From an uncultured Sphaerobacteraceae bacterium (GTDB lineage: Bacteria; Chloroflexota; Chloroflexia; Thermomicrobiales; UBA6265), in assembly GCA_964461025.1 (NCBI GenBank), contig CAYWSE010000001.1, positions 56,414 through 120,413 on the forward strand: 64,000 nucleotides of DNA, in the 5' to 3' direction. The translations under genes and the position numbers were made by a program. This document shows, piece by piece, positions 8,970 to 17,963 of this stretch (position 1 is its first letter; every line of letters starts with the position of its first letter). Under the pieces are notes generated by a model. That model saw only the letters and a program-made list of their open reading frames with translations. It was not told where the DNA came from and did not search any database.

Positions 8970-9449
8970 TCAGTCGTCGAGAATCCACCGATCGATATCG
9001 CGCGTATAGCTCGCCAGCGGTGTGGCGCCGAAAAAGATCCCAACCTCGCGCTCGGCGCTGGTCGCGCTATCCGACGCGTGAATCAGGTTTCTTCCTACGG
9101 TAAGACCATAATCCGCACGGATCGTCCCCGGCGCAGCCTCAGCTGGTCGCGTCGAACCGACCGTCGAACGCGTCACCGCAATCGCATCCGGACCCTCCAG
9201 CACCAGCGTTACGGAAGGCCCCGAGGTGATATAGCTCACCAGCGACCCATAAAACCCCTTGCCTTCATGCTCGGCATAGTGCTTCTTGGCCACCGCTTCC
9301 TCGATCGTGCCGATATTCAGCCCGACAATCCGCAAGCCGCGCTGCTCGAGCCGCTTGATAATTTCCCCGATCAATCCCCGCTGCACACCATCGGGTTTGA
9401 TGATCACGAGCGTTCGCTGCACATCCGCCACGGAGTATCCCTTCCTCAT
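8970..9449 (-). CDS. ndk: nucleoside diphosphate kinase
   Basis: RTLVIIKPDGVQRGLIGEII, GPSVTLVLEG and GRNLIHASDS (active-site His context). Confidence 0.92.
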   Translation of the reverse strand: MRKGYSVADVQRTLVIIKPDGVQRGLIGEIIKRLEQRGLRIVGLNIGTIEEAVAKKHYAEHEGKGFYGSLVSYITSGPSVTLVLEGPDAIAVTRSTVGSTRPAEAAPGTIRADYGLTVGRNLIHASDSATSAEREVGIFFGATPLASYTRDIDRWILDD

Positions 9450-9493
9450 CTACGGCCTGCTTCCAGTTGCAGACCTGCTATACGAACCCAATT

Positions 9494-9685
9494 CTACGTG
9501 CCCGGCTCTTCAGGCAACACCGCCCCTTTGGCTGCCGCCTTCGCTGCTTTCGCTGCTTCCTGCTCTCGCCGGTACTTCTTGTTGCGCTTCAGGGCCTGTT
9601 CCAGTGTCCACAATGTCACGCCAGTGGCGATGATCAGTGGAATCACGATCACCAGCACCAGCAACAACCATTCCGTACCAGACAT
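9494..9685 (-). CDS. small membrane protein (hypothetical)
   Basis: MSGTEWLLLVLVIVIPLIIATGVTLW forms a single TM helix, followed by a Lys/Ala-rich tail. The start is uncertain (9685 or 9697). Confidence 0.4.
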   Translation of the reverse strand: MSGTEWLLLVLVIVIPLIIATGVTLWTLEQALKRNKKYRREQEAAKAAKAAAKGAVLPEEPGT

Positions 9686-9786
9686 CGATACTCCCACACA
9701 CCGTCACTGCATCCGCTCGCTGCCAGGCAACCAGCGGCGACTCAAGCTACCATTTGCGTTGGCACTTCGTCGACAGGATTCTCGCG

Positions 9787-10089
9787 ATGTCCACACCCCA
9801 GCCGCAACCACGACCGCTCCTCATCGAAGAAGACGAATCGCTGATGCCGTCTCGCGGCTCGGTGATCGTCTTTCTCTCGATGTTCATCGCCACCACTGCG
9901 CTCATCGTCGTGGTGCTTGTCTGGGATCATTCCGCCCGGGCCGGACTCTTCCTCGGCGTCACCTTCTGGACCTGGCTCCTCGCCGCCATCTTCCTCGCTT
10001 TCGGCCCCGTCACCCTCGCCTGGCGCCTCCATCGCACCCGCTCCAAACGCAGCGACCTCGTCCGCTCCGAATGGATGCTTCCAGATTGA
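9787..10089 (+). CDS. membrane protein (hypothetical)
   Basis: ATG 9787. Two predicted TM helices (VIVFLSMFIATTALIVVVLVW, LFLGVTFWTWLLAAIFLAFGPV). Confidence 0.45.
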   Translation: MSTPQPQPRPLLIEEDESLMPSRGSVIVFLSMFIATTALIVVVLVWDHSARAGLFLGVTFWTWLLAAIFLAFGPVTLAWRLHRTRSKRSDLVRSEWMLPD

Positions 10090-10240
10090 CTCAGCGAGTC
10101 ATATTGACATAACTCTTTCTGCGTCGCTGATTCCGGGGGTATATCGCATAGTGGATAGCGCATCGGTTGGGGAAACGCCCACCATCCGCCACCGAATCTC
10201 CACTATCCACCCCGGCTCCCCATTTCCCGACCAACGGAAA

Positions 10241-10369
10241 TGTAGGCTCCGGCGCTCTGCCGGAGCAATCGACCGGAGGTCGATAACTGCGGCCACCTGC
10301 AACCAAGGTTGTGCTGGCGATGGAGTTGGTCGTGGTTTATGGCCCTCCGGCAGAGCGCCGGGGGTTACA
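10241..10369. mobile_element. REPIN/MITE-like element copy 1 (129 bp, ~25-bp terminal inverted repeats)
   Basis: The termini are TGTAGGCTCCGGCGCTCTGCCGGAG ... CTCCGGCAGAGCGCCGGGGGTTACA. The body is near-identical to 51479-51620. Confidence 0.7.
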
Positions 10370-10652
10370 TTCGCGGAGCCCCGGCCATTAGGGACGAACT
10401 AGCGGTGCGCCTAGAATAGTGTGTGACTCGGGAATCATCCGACCATCCACTATTTACCATCTACTATCTACCGCGGCACAAATGCCGAGCCCCCTGTTGC
10501 AGCAGGGGGCTCCGCGGGGGTCTTTCGCAACGATTGGCGAGGGAAGGGGGAAGCCGCTCGCTGCGTTGCTTCCATCCTACAGTTGCCCTCCAGTCAAGAT
10601 GCGTGCTGAATGGATAGAGCATTGGGTCCGTTCGGACCTGCCTTCCTCTATG

Positions 10653-11354
10653 TCAGCGAGTACCTCCGCCTTCATCGCTCGTGGCCGTCTTCCGCCGGTC
10701 GGCTTCATACGACCGCATCATCGCCAGCAACACCTGATCGATGAAGTCATCGATACCAATGAACAACCGCGCCGCCCGTCGCGCCGGCAGATTTTCCTCT
10801 TCGATCACACCCAGCACCGCCCGCACCGTCGGATACCGAAAATAGAGAAACGCTTCGATCGTTTCTCCCGGTCCCAGGCCTGCCTGTCCACCCGACCGGC
10901 CATAGTAGTCACCGATTTCCCGGCCCTCTGTCAGCAACTGGGCGCGCTCCCGCTGATGCCCCGTCGTCGCCGCATACCGAATCGCCAGATCGACCAGTCT
11001 TCTCCCCAGTCGCCGGTGTTCTTCCTGCTTTTCCGCTCCAAACGACTGGTACCACTGACGGCTGCGCGCTTCGTTCAGATAGTCGTCTTCATATGCCGAC
11101 AGCGAACGGTCCGTCAGTCGCTGCCGGCTCACTCTCGATTTCTGCGGTTTCTTGGCATCCCCGGCCACCAGCGAGCGCAAATCTTCTTCCAGGTAACGCC
11201 GGTGACCGCCCGGCGTCAAAAAGGCCGGTACGCGTCCCTCATCGGTCCACCGTCGCAATGTCGACTGATCGACGCCCAGAAACGCGCAGGCATCGCGGAT
11301 CGTCATCCACCGAGGTCCAGAGCCGGTCGATCCTCCCTGATCGCGTTCGCTCAT
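10653..11354 (-). CDS. HTH DNA-binding protein (excisionase/MerR-type N-terminus) with C-terminal sensor-like domain
   Basis: WMTIRDACAFLGVDQSTLRRWTDEGRVPAFLTPGGHRRY is a typical excisionase-family HTH. I could not assign the C-terminal ~170 aa. Confidence 0.65.
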   Translation of the reverse strand: MSERDQGGSTGSGPRWMTIRDACAFLGVDQSTLRRWTDEGRVPAFLTPGGHRRYLEEDLRSLVAGDAKKPQKSRVSRQRLTDRSLSAYEDDYLNEARSRQWYQSFGAEKQEEHRRLGRRLVDLAIRYAATTGHQRERAQLLTEGREIGDYYGRSGGQAGLGPGETIEAFLYFRYPTVRAVLGVIEEENLPARRAARLFIGIDDFIDQVLLAMMRSYEADRRKTATSDEGGGTR

Positions 11355-11416
11355 CCTCTCGCTCCGTCCAGGCCACGGCGATTTTCGCTCTCTCCATAGC
11401 CCATCGATCGGTCTCC

Positions 11417-12859
11417 CTATCGCGATGTCTCCAGAGCCTCGCGAATCGCGATCAGCTGCGAGCGCAACACCGCGTCCTCGAGCAGCTGCGCTTCGATCTT
11501 CTCGATGCCATGCATTACCGTGGTGTGATCTCGCCCCCCGAGCGCCCGGCCGATATCCGCCAGCGACGACGCCGTTCCCTCCCGAATCATGAACATCGCG
11601 ATCTGCCGTGGAATAACGATTTCGCGCGACCTGTTCCGGCCGCTCATCGCCACCACATCGACCTGAAAATACGACGCCACCGCCTTGATGATCTCCTCAG
11701 GCGTCAGATCATCCCGCCGCATCCCTGCCTTGCCGCTCGACAATGCTTCGATAGCCAGGGAAAGAGTGATCGACCGGTTCCCCACCCGGGAGTAGGCGAT
11801 CACCCGGTTCAATGCTCCCTCCAGCTCACGCGTGTTCGTCTTGTCCCGCTGCGCGATGTACTCGATCGCGTCATCCGGCACCCGCGCACCCAGCTCCTCC
11901 GCCTTCGTGCGCAGAATCGCCATGCGCATTTCGAAATCGGGCGGTTGCACATCCGCCGTCAGGCCACCCTCGAACCGCGACCGTAGCCTGTCTTCCAGAC
12001 CCGCAATCGCGTGTGGCGGCCGGTCGCTCGAAATCACCACCTGCCGGCCACTCTGATGCAGCGTGTTGAATGTGTGGAAGAACTCCTCCTGCGTGCTGTC
12101 CTTCCCGCCGATGAACTGAATGTCATCGATCATCAACAGATCGATCGTCCGGTATCTGGCCCGGAAATCGTCCATGCGCTGCGCCCGCAATGACTCGATC
12201 AGATCGTTGGTGAACTTCTCCGACGAGACATAACAAATGCGAAGATCGGGTTTGTGCTCGAGCGCCCGGTGCCCGATCGCATGCAGCAGATGGGTTTTGC
12301 CCAGTCCCACTCCGCCATAGATGTAAAAAGGGTTGTATTGCTCGCCCGGATGCTCGGCCACCGCCAGCGACGCCGCGTGCGCGAACATGTTTGACTTGCC
12401 AACCACGTACGTCTCGTACACATACCGTTGATTCAGACCCTGGAACGGATTCGATGCGAGCTCGAGTTGCTGCGACGCCGCCAGGGGAGTGGGCTGACGC
12501 CGCACCGTCGTATCGATCTTCCGTCGCCCCACCGACACAGCACCGTTCGGGGCTGACTTCACTGGTTTCTCTTCGGTCGAAACAACCGTCTGGTTCGCCA
12601 ATTGATCGGCAGCGCCCACGGTGAACTGCACGGTCACCGGCCGTCCCACAATGTCGGAAAGTACCCGCTGGATTTCCGTGGCGTAACGAGACTCCAGCGT
12701 CGACGCGCCGAACGTGTTGGGCGCCGAAATCGTTGCGACATCATTCGCGAATGCGACCAGCGATGTCGGACGCAGCCAGTTTTCAAAAGCGTTTTTACTC
12801 AACCGCACCTGCATGTCACCAAGCACGGCTTGCCACAACTGTTTGGCCTGAAGTTGCAC
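11417..12859 (-). CDS. dnaA: chromosomal replication initiator protein DnaA
   Basis: NPFYIYGGVGLGKTHLLHAIG (Walker A), DDIQFIGGK, and C-terminal domain IV (ADIGRALGGRDHTTVMHGIEKI). Confidence 0.96.
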   Translation of the reverse strand: MQLQAKQLWQAVLGDMQVRLSKNAFENWLRPTSLVAFANDVATISAPNTFGASTLESRYATEIQRVLSDIVGRPVTVQFTVGAADQLANQTVVSTEEKPVKSAPNGAVSVGRRKIDTTVRRQPTPLAASQQLELASNPFQGLNQRYVYETYVVGKSNMFAHAASLAVAEHPGEQYNPFYIYGGVGLGKTHLLHAIGHRALEHKPDLRICYVSSEKFTNDLIESLRAQRMDDFRARYRTIDLLMIDDIQFIGGKDSTQEEFFHTFNTLHQSGRQVVISSDRPPHAIAGLEDRLRSRFEGGLTADVQPPDFEMRMAILRTKAEELGARVPDDAIEYIAQRDKTNTRELEGALNRVIAYSRVGNRSITLSLAIEALSSGKAGMRRDDLTPEEIIKAVASYFQVDVVAMSGRNRSREIVIPRQIAMFMIREGTASSLADIGRALGGRDHTTVMHGIEKIEAQLLEDAVLRSQLIAIREALETSR

Positions 12860-13094
12860 GGGAGTCAGACCTTTTTTGGGTTACCACTTTGCCAGCCAAA
12901 GTGGATGCGGGGTCCCTGACCTTAGGTCTGTCACTCTACCACGCCAGACCCCGCTTTTGGTGAGACCAAAGGTGCAATTCCTCCAGTCTCAGTCTGGCGC
13001 ATCACCGGTCCCACCCCGATCCGGGAATCTGTCACAAAACCGTTGTTTCCTGTCACTGCACATGATAGAGTACCGGCGCGACAGGTTCACCACA

Positions 13095-13300
13095 TCATCT
13101 TGATGTGATGACGCAAGTGGGAATCCGGTGAAATGCCGGAGCTGCCCCGCAACGGTAACGAGGAACGACGCCGTCATTCGCACCGGGTCAGAACCCGGCA
13201 AGCGACGGTTGGTAGGAATCCCGGCTCTCCCGCCGGTCCGCCTCGCAGCCCGAACACCGGCCTGACGCTCGCGCCGCGAGGGCGCGATGTGAACCCGGGC
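13095..13300 (+). promoter_or_regulatory. cobalamin (B12) riboswitch in the nrdA leader
   Basis: The core GGGAATCCGGTGAAATGCCGGAGCTGCCCCGCAACGGTAA matches the conserved GGGAA..GGTGAAA..CC..GCCCCGCAAC.GTAA segment. A B12-box-like GCACCGGG...CCCGGCAAGCG follows. Boundaries are approximate. Confidence 0.78.
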
Positions 13301-13535
13301 TTCCGCGGGGAGGCCGGCGGGAATTGGTCCGGCGCACCCCCGGATTGCTTCTCTACCTTCCCCGGAAATATCGGCGCACACACGAGGGTGTGAGGGTTCC
13401 GCTCTGACGCTTCCCGCTGCGCGGCAGTCGAAGCGCTTTGACAGAACATGCCTCACCCCTCGACCTCGCAGTCGAACGCATCAGACACCCGCGTCGCGGC
13501 AATGTCATTGAAGTGGGGAGGTGGGAGGCGATTCC

Positions 13536-16385
13536 ATGGAAATCCGCGAACTCGGTACCGGCGACGCCGTGTCCGGAACACTCGACGAATCACCATTCGT
13601 GCTGAAAGCCGGAAATGTCACCAAGCGCGACGGACGCTCCGTCTCGCCCGACATCACCCGCATCGCCAACGCGATCGAAATGGCCTTTCGAGCCGAAGTC
13701 GGTGTGCCCTTTCCTGACCCGCTGCCCTCCGCCATTCACGACCGCACGCTGTCCATCACCAATCAGGTCGTCGAATCGCTGAACTGCCAGTTCGATTCCG
13801 CCCAACCACTTCATGTCGAAACGATTCAGGACGAAGTCGAACAGCAACTGATGGCTGCGGGCGCTTTCGGCGTTGCCAAACGCTACATTCTCTATCGACA
13901 GGCCCGCTCCCAGCTCCGCCAGGAAGCCGCGATCCGCGTCATCGACGATCGTGGCCAGGAATTGCAGCTGCACCGAGCCGTTATCCGCTCCTGGGTCGAT
14001 GAGGTCTGCGCCGGTGTCGACGAAGCCGTCTCGGCCCCCGCCATCGTCGAAGATGTCCTGAACGGCATCTATCCCGGTATCGCCCTCGCCGAGGTGCAGC
14101 AGCTCGTTCTTTACGCTGCCCGCACCCGCATCGAGCAGGACCCCGCCTGGTCGAGCGTCGCCGCTCGCGCTTTGTTGAGCACCCTCTACGCCGAAGTCTT
14201 CGGCCGCCGCGTCGCCATCGCCGACGCTCCCGGTCTCTATGCCGGCGCCTTTTCGTTCTATCTCCGCGACGCCGTCGCCGCCGAGCTCCTCAGCGAAGAG
14301 CTTCTCTCCTACGATCTCGATCTACTCGGCGCCGCGCTGCATCCGGAGCGCGATCTCGATTTCGCCTACCTCGGACTCCAGACCCTTTACGACCGCTACC
14401 TGATCCGCAACGGCGACCGGCGCATCGAGCTCCCCCAGATGCTCTGGATGCGCGTCGCCATGGGATTGGCCATGAATGAAGACGACGCCAACCAGCGCGC
14501 AATCGAGTTCTACGAGCTCCTCTCATCCCTTCGCTTCTGTTCTTCGACGCCGACGCTTTTCAACGCCGGCACCCGTCATCCGCAACTCTCCTCCTGTTAC
14601 CTCACGACCATCGGCGACGACCTCGACCAGATCTTCTCCGGCTTGCGTGACAACGCCCTCCTCTCCAAGTGGAGTGGGGGACTCGGCAACGACTGGACCC
14701 GCGTTCGCGCTCTCGGTAGTGGCATCAAGGGCACCAATGGCCGCAGCCAGGGCGTCGTTCCCTTCCTGAAGGTCGCCAACGACGCCGCGGTCGCGGTCAA
14801 CCAGGGCGGCAAACGCAAGGGCGCGGTCTGCGCCTATCTCGAGACCTGGCATCTCGATATCGAAGAGTTCCTCGAACTGCGCAAGAACACCGGCGACGAC
14901 CGCCGCCGCACCCACGATATGAACACCGCCAACTGGGTGCCCGATCTCTTTATGCAACGAGTCAAGGAGGACGGACCGTGGACCCTCTTCAGCCCCGACG
15001 ACGTCCCCGACCTGCACGATCTCTATGGCAAGGCCTTCGCCGCCCGCTACCAGGCCTGCGAAGCCGCAGCGGCTCGCGGTGAAATCCGTCTCAGCCGAAC
15101 GGTGCGCGCCGTCGATCTCTGGCGCAAGATGCTCACCGCTCTCTTCGAAACCGGACACCCCTGGATCACCTTCAAGGACCCCTCGAACGTCCGCACCCCG
15201 CAGGATCACACCGGCGTCGTCCACAGCTCGAATCTCTGCACCGAGATCCTTCTCAACACCAGCGACGACGAAGTTGCCGTCTGCAATCTCGGTTCGGTCA
15301 ATCTCGCTGCCCACATCGTTGATGGCCGCCTCGATCTCGAATCGCTGCACACCACCATCCGCACCGCCGTGCGCATGCTCGACAACGTCATCGACATCAA
15401 CTTCTACCCGATCCCGGAAGCGCGCAACGCCAACCTTCGCCACCGGCCAGTCGGACTTGGCCTCATGGGCTTCCAGGACACCCTTTACGCGCTTGGGTAT
15501 TCCTATGCCTCGGAGGAAGCAGTTGCCTTTGCCGGCCAAAGCATGGAAGCGATTGCCTGGTCCGCACTCCTCGCCTCATCCGAGCTCGCTGCCGAGCGTG
15601 GCGCCTATGAGTCCTATCGCGAATCGAAATGGGACCGCGGCCTTCTCCCTCAGGACACCATCCAGCTCCTCAGCGACGAGCGCGGCTCGCCAATCGACGT
15701 TCCCATCGAACCAACTCTCGATTGGGAGGTTGTGCGCCGTTCGATCCAGCGACATGGCATGCGCAACAGCAACGTCATGGCCATCGCCCCCACCGCGACG
15801 ATTTCCAACATCACCGGCGTCAGTCAGTCGATCGAACCCGCCTTCTCCAATCTCTACGTCAAGAGCAATCTCTCCGGCGAGTTCACCGTCGTCAACTAAT
15901 TCCTCGTCCGCGATTTGAAGGAGCGCGGTCTCTGGGACGCCGAGATGCTCGACGATCTCAAGCATCACGACGGCTCCCTTCAGGAGATCGACCGCATCCC
16001 GCAAGACCTCCGCGACCGCTACCTCACTGCCTTCGAAATCGACTCATCCTGGCTGCTCGCCGCCGCGGCCCGCCGCCAGGTCTGGATCGACATGGGCCAG
16101 TCGCTCAACCTCTATTCCGCCGGCGCCAGTGGTCGCAAGCTCAACGACATGTACCTCTCCGCCTGGGAACAGGGGCTGAAAACCACCTACTACCTGCGCA
16201 GCAACGGCGCGACCCAGGCCGAGAAGTCGACATTGGACATCAACGCCCGCGGTCTTCAACCCCGCTGGATGAAGTCCCGCAGCGCCTCCGCCGACGTCGT
16301 CATCGACCGCGAACCGACCATCGACGACTACCCCATCGGCGCCTCCTGCTCCCTCGACGGCAGCGACTGCGAGGCCTGCCAATGA
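13536..16385 (+). pseudogene. nrdA: class Ia ribonucleotide reductase alpha subunit interrupted by one in-frame TAA (15897-15899)
   Basis: ATP-cone-like N-terminus (VTKRDGRSVSPDITRIANAIE) and catalytic core (SSCYLTT, SNLCTEI, AIAPTATISNI). The sequence reads ...GEFTVVN-TAA-FLVRDLKERGLWD... and continues in the same frame to TTYYLRS and the C-terminal Cys-rich tail CSLDGSDCEAC. ATG 13536 has GGAGG 7 nt upstream. Confidence 0.88.
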
Positions 16386-16468
16386 ACGCTCTCAGCCGTA
16401 CCGGCAGACCTCCGCGCCCGCCCCATGCCTTCGTACCGGCGGACCTCCGCGTCCGCCTACCATCATCC

Positions 16469-16492
16469 CGTAGCGTCGCCATAAATGGCGAC
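16469..16492. repeat. REP-like hairpin, family A (CGTAGCGTCGCCATAAATGGCGAC)
   Basis: The same sequence occurs three times inside the RAYT gene at 55472-55639. This copy lies in the nrdA-nrdB spacer. Confidence 0.8.
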
Positions 16493-16533
16493 TTCCCACC
16501 GAAACGATGCTCTATCAACGAGGAATCCAATCA

Positions 16534-17562
16534 ATGACCGCGACAATTACACCTAATCCCGCCCAGGAAAAACGGCTCATCAACTGCAGCGCCGTCGACG
16601 TCAACCAGCTCATGCCCCTCAAATACGACTGGGCCTGGGAGCACTACCTCAACGGCTGCGCCAACCACTGGATGCCCACCGAGGTCCCTATGGCCGCCGA
16701 CATCGCCCTCTGGAAGAGCAACAACCTCACCCCGGACGAGCGCCTCGTCATCATGCGCAACCTTGGCTTCTTCGCCACTGCCGAGAGCCTCGTCGCCAAT
16801 AACCTCACCCTGGCCATCTTCCGGCACGTCACCAACGCTGAATGCCGCCAGTACCTCCTTCGGCAAGCGTTCGAAGAGGCGATCCACACCCACACCTTCC
16901 ATTACATCGTGGAAAGTCTCGGCCTCGATGAAAACGAAGTCTTCACCATGTATCACAACATCCCCTCCATCGCGGCCAAGGACGCTCTGGAGATGGAGCT
17001 CACCGCCGCTCTGATCGATCCCAACGCCACCACCGCCACCACGGAAGGAGCCCAGCGCTTTCTCGAGAACCTCATCGGCTACTACGTGATCATGGAAGGC
17101 ATCTTCTTCTATGCCGGTTTCGCCATGATCCTCTCCTTCCACCGTCAAAACCGCATGACCGGCATCGGCGAGCAGTTTCAGTACATCCTCCGCGATGAAA
17201 CAGTCCATCTCAACTTCGGCATCGACCTGATCAACGGCATAAAGCAGGAACAGCCCGAGCTCTGGACGAGTGATTTCCAGAACAACGCCGTCGAGCGCGT
17301 TCGCGAAGCCGTCGAGCTCGAAATTGCTTACGCTGCCGACTGCCTGCCACGCGGCGTCATGGGTCTCACCGCCGATCTCTTCCGCGACTACGTCCAGTAC
17401 ATCGCCAACCGCCGCCTCGAGCGCATCGGCTTGCCCCGTCAGTACAACAGCCGCAACCCCTTTTCCTGGATGAGCGAAACGATCGATCTCCGCAAGGAGA
17501 AGAACTTCTTCGAGAGTCGCGTCACCGACTATCGCTCCGGATCCTCCCTGACATGGGACTGA
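16534..17562 (+). CDS. nrdB: class Ia ribonucleotide reductase beta subunit
   Basis: Ferritin-like di-iron motifs [17 protein letters not shown] and [12 protein letters not shown] 16534. Confidence 0.92.
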   Translation: MTATITPNPAQEKRLINCSAVDVNQLMPLKYDWAWEHYLNGCANHWMPTEVPMAADIALWKSNNLTPDERLVIMRNLGFFATAESLVANNLTLAIFRHVTNAECRQYLLRQAFEEAIHTHTFHYIVESLGLDENEVFTMYHNIPSIAAKDALEMELTAALIDPNATTATTEGAQRFLENLIGYYVIMEGIFFYAGFAMILSFHRQNRMTGIGEQFQYILRDETVHLNFGIDLINGIKQEQPELWTSDFQNNAVERVREAVELEIAYAADCLPRGVMGLTADLFRDYVQYIANRRLERIGLPRQYNSRNPFSWMSETIDLRKEKNFFESRVTDYRSGSSLTWD

Positions 17563-17951
17563 TCGTGTACGAAAAACTGAACCGTCATCCTGAACGGCAC
17601 GGAGCATCAGCGGAGTGCAGTGAAGGATCTCGTGCCGCGGCAACCGCCGCAGCGGCACGCTCCCCACAGCGCCCCTCGAATCACCGAAGCGATGCTCAAG
17701 GCGAGGCCTTCGGACAGAGTGGTTCGCGGCAACCTCTGCGCATCAACTGCCCCGAATGCGGCACACTCTCCACCGCCATCCGTTCCCGACCAGACGGCGT
17801 CCCTCGCTTCGTCTGCACGGAAGGCCACATTCTGACCCTCCACTCCGCCTCCGGCCTCGCCGAGATCACCGGCTTTCTCGCCGACCTCGCCGATTCCGTC
17901 GGGCGCATCCGAAGCGCCAATACAGAACCTGTCCAACCCACACAAGACTGA
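17553..17951 (+). CDS. hypothetical small protein with zinc-ribbon-like CPEC...C..H motif
   Basis: The ATG overlaps the last 10 nt of nrdB. The C-terminal two thirds have strong GC3 bias. Motif [29 protein letters not shown]. The N-terminal third looks low-complexity, so the true start is uncertain. Confidence 0.4.
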   Translation: MGLIVYEKLNRHPERHGASAECSEGSRAAATAAAARSPQRPSNHRSDAQGEAFGQSGSRQPLRINCPECGTLSTAIRSRPDGVPRFVCTEGHILTLHSASGLAEITGFLADLADSVGRIRSANTEPVQPTQD

Positions 17952-17963
17952 GGACCTCTCTCC

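Noticed and set aside
13043-13071. A sigma-70-like promoter for the riboswitch leader (TTGTTT-17 nt-TAGAGT) and three CTGTCAC repeats nearby as possible NrdR or DnaA sites.
   Set aside because: The hexamers match the consensus poorly. The CTGTCAC repeats match neither the NrdR box nor the DnaA box. There is no independent support.
17563-17963. A cobalamin or SAM riboswitch upstream of metE.
   Set aside because: No GGTGAAA...GCCCCGCAAC-type core or SAM-box strings are present. The region has coding-like third-position GC bias in the frame of the 17553 ORF.
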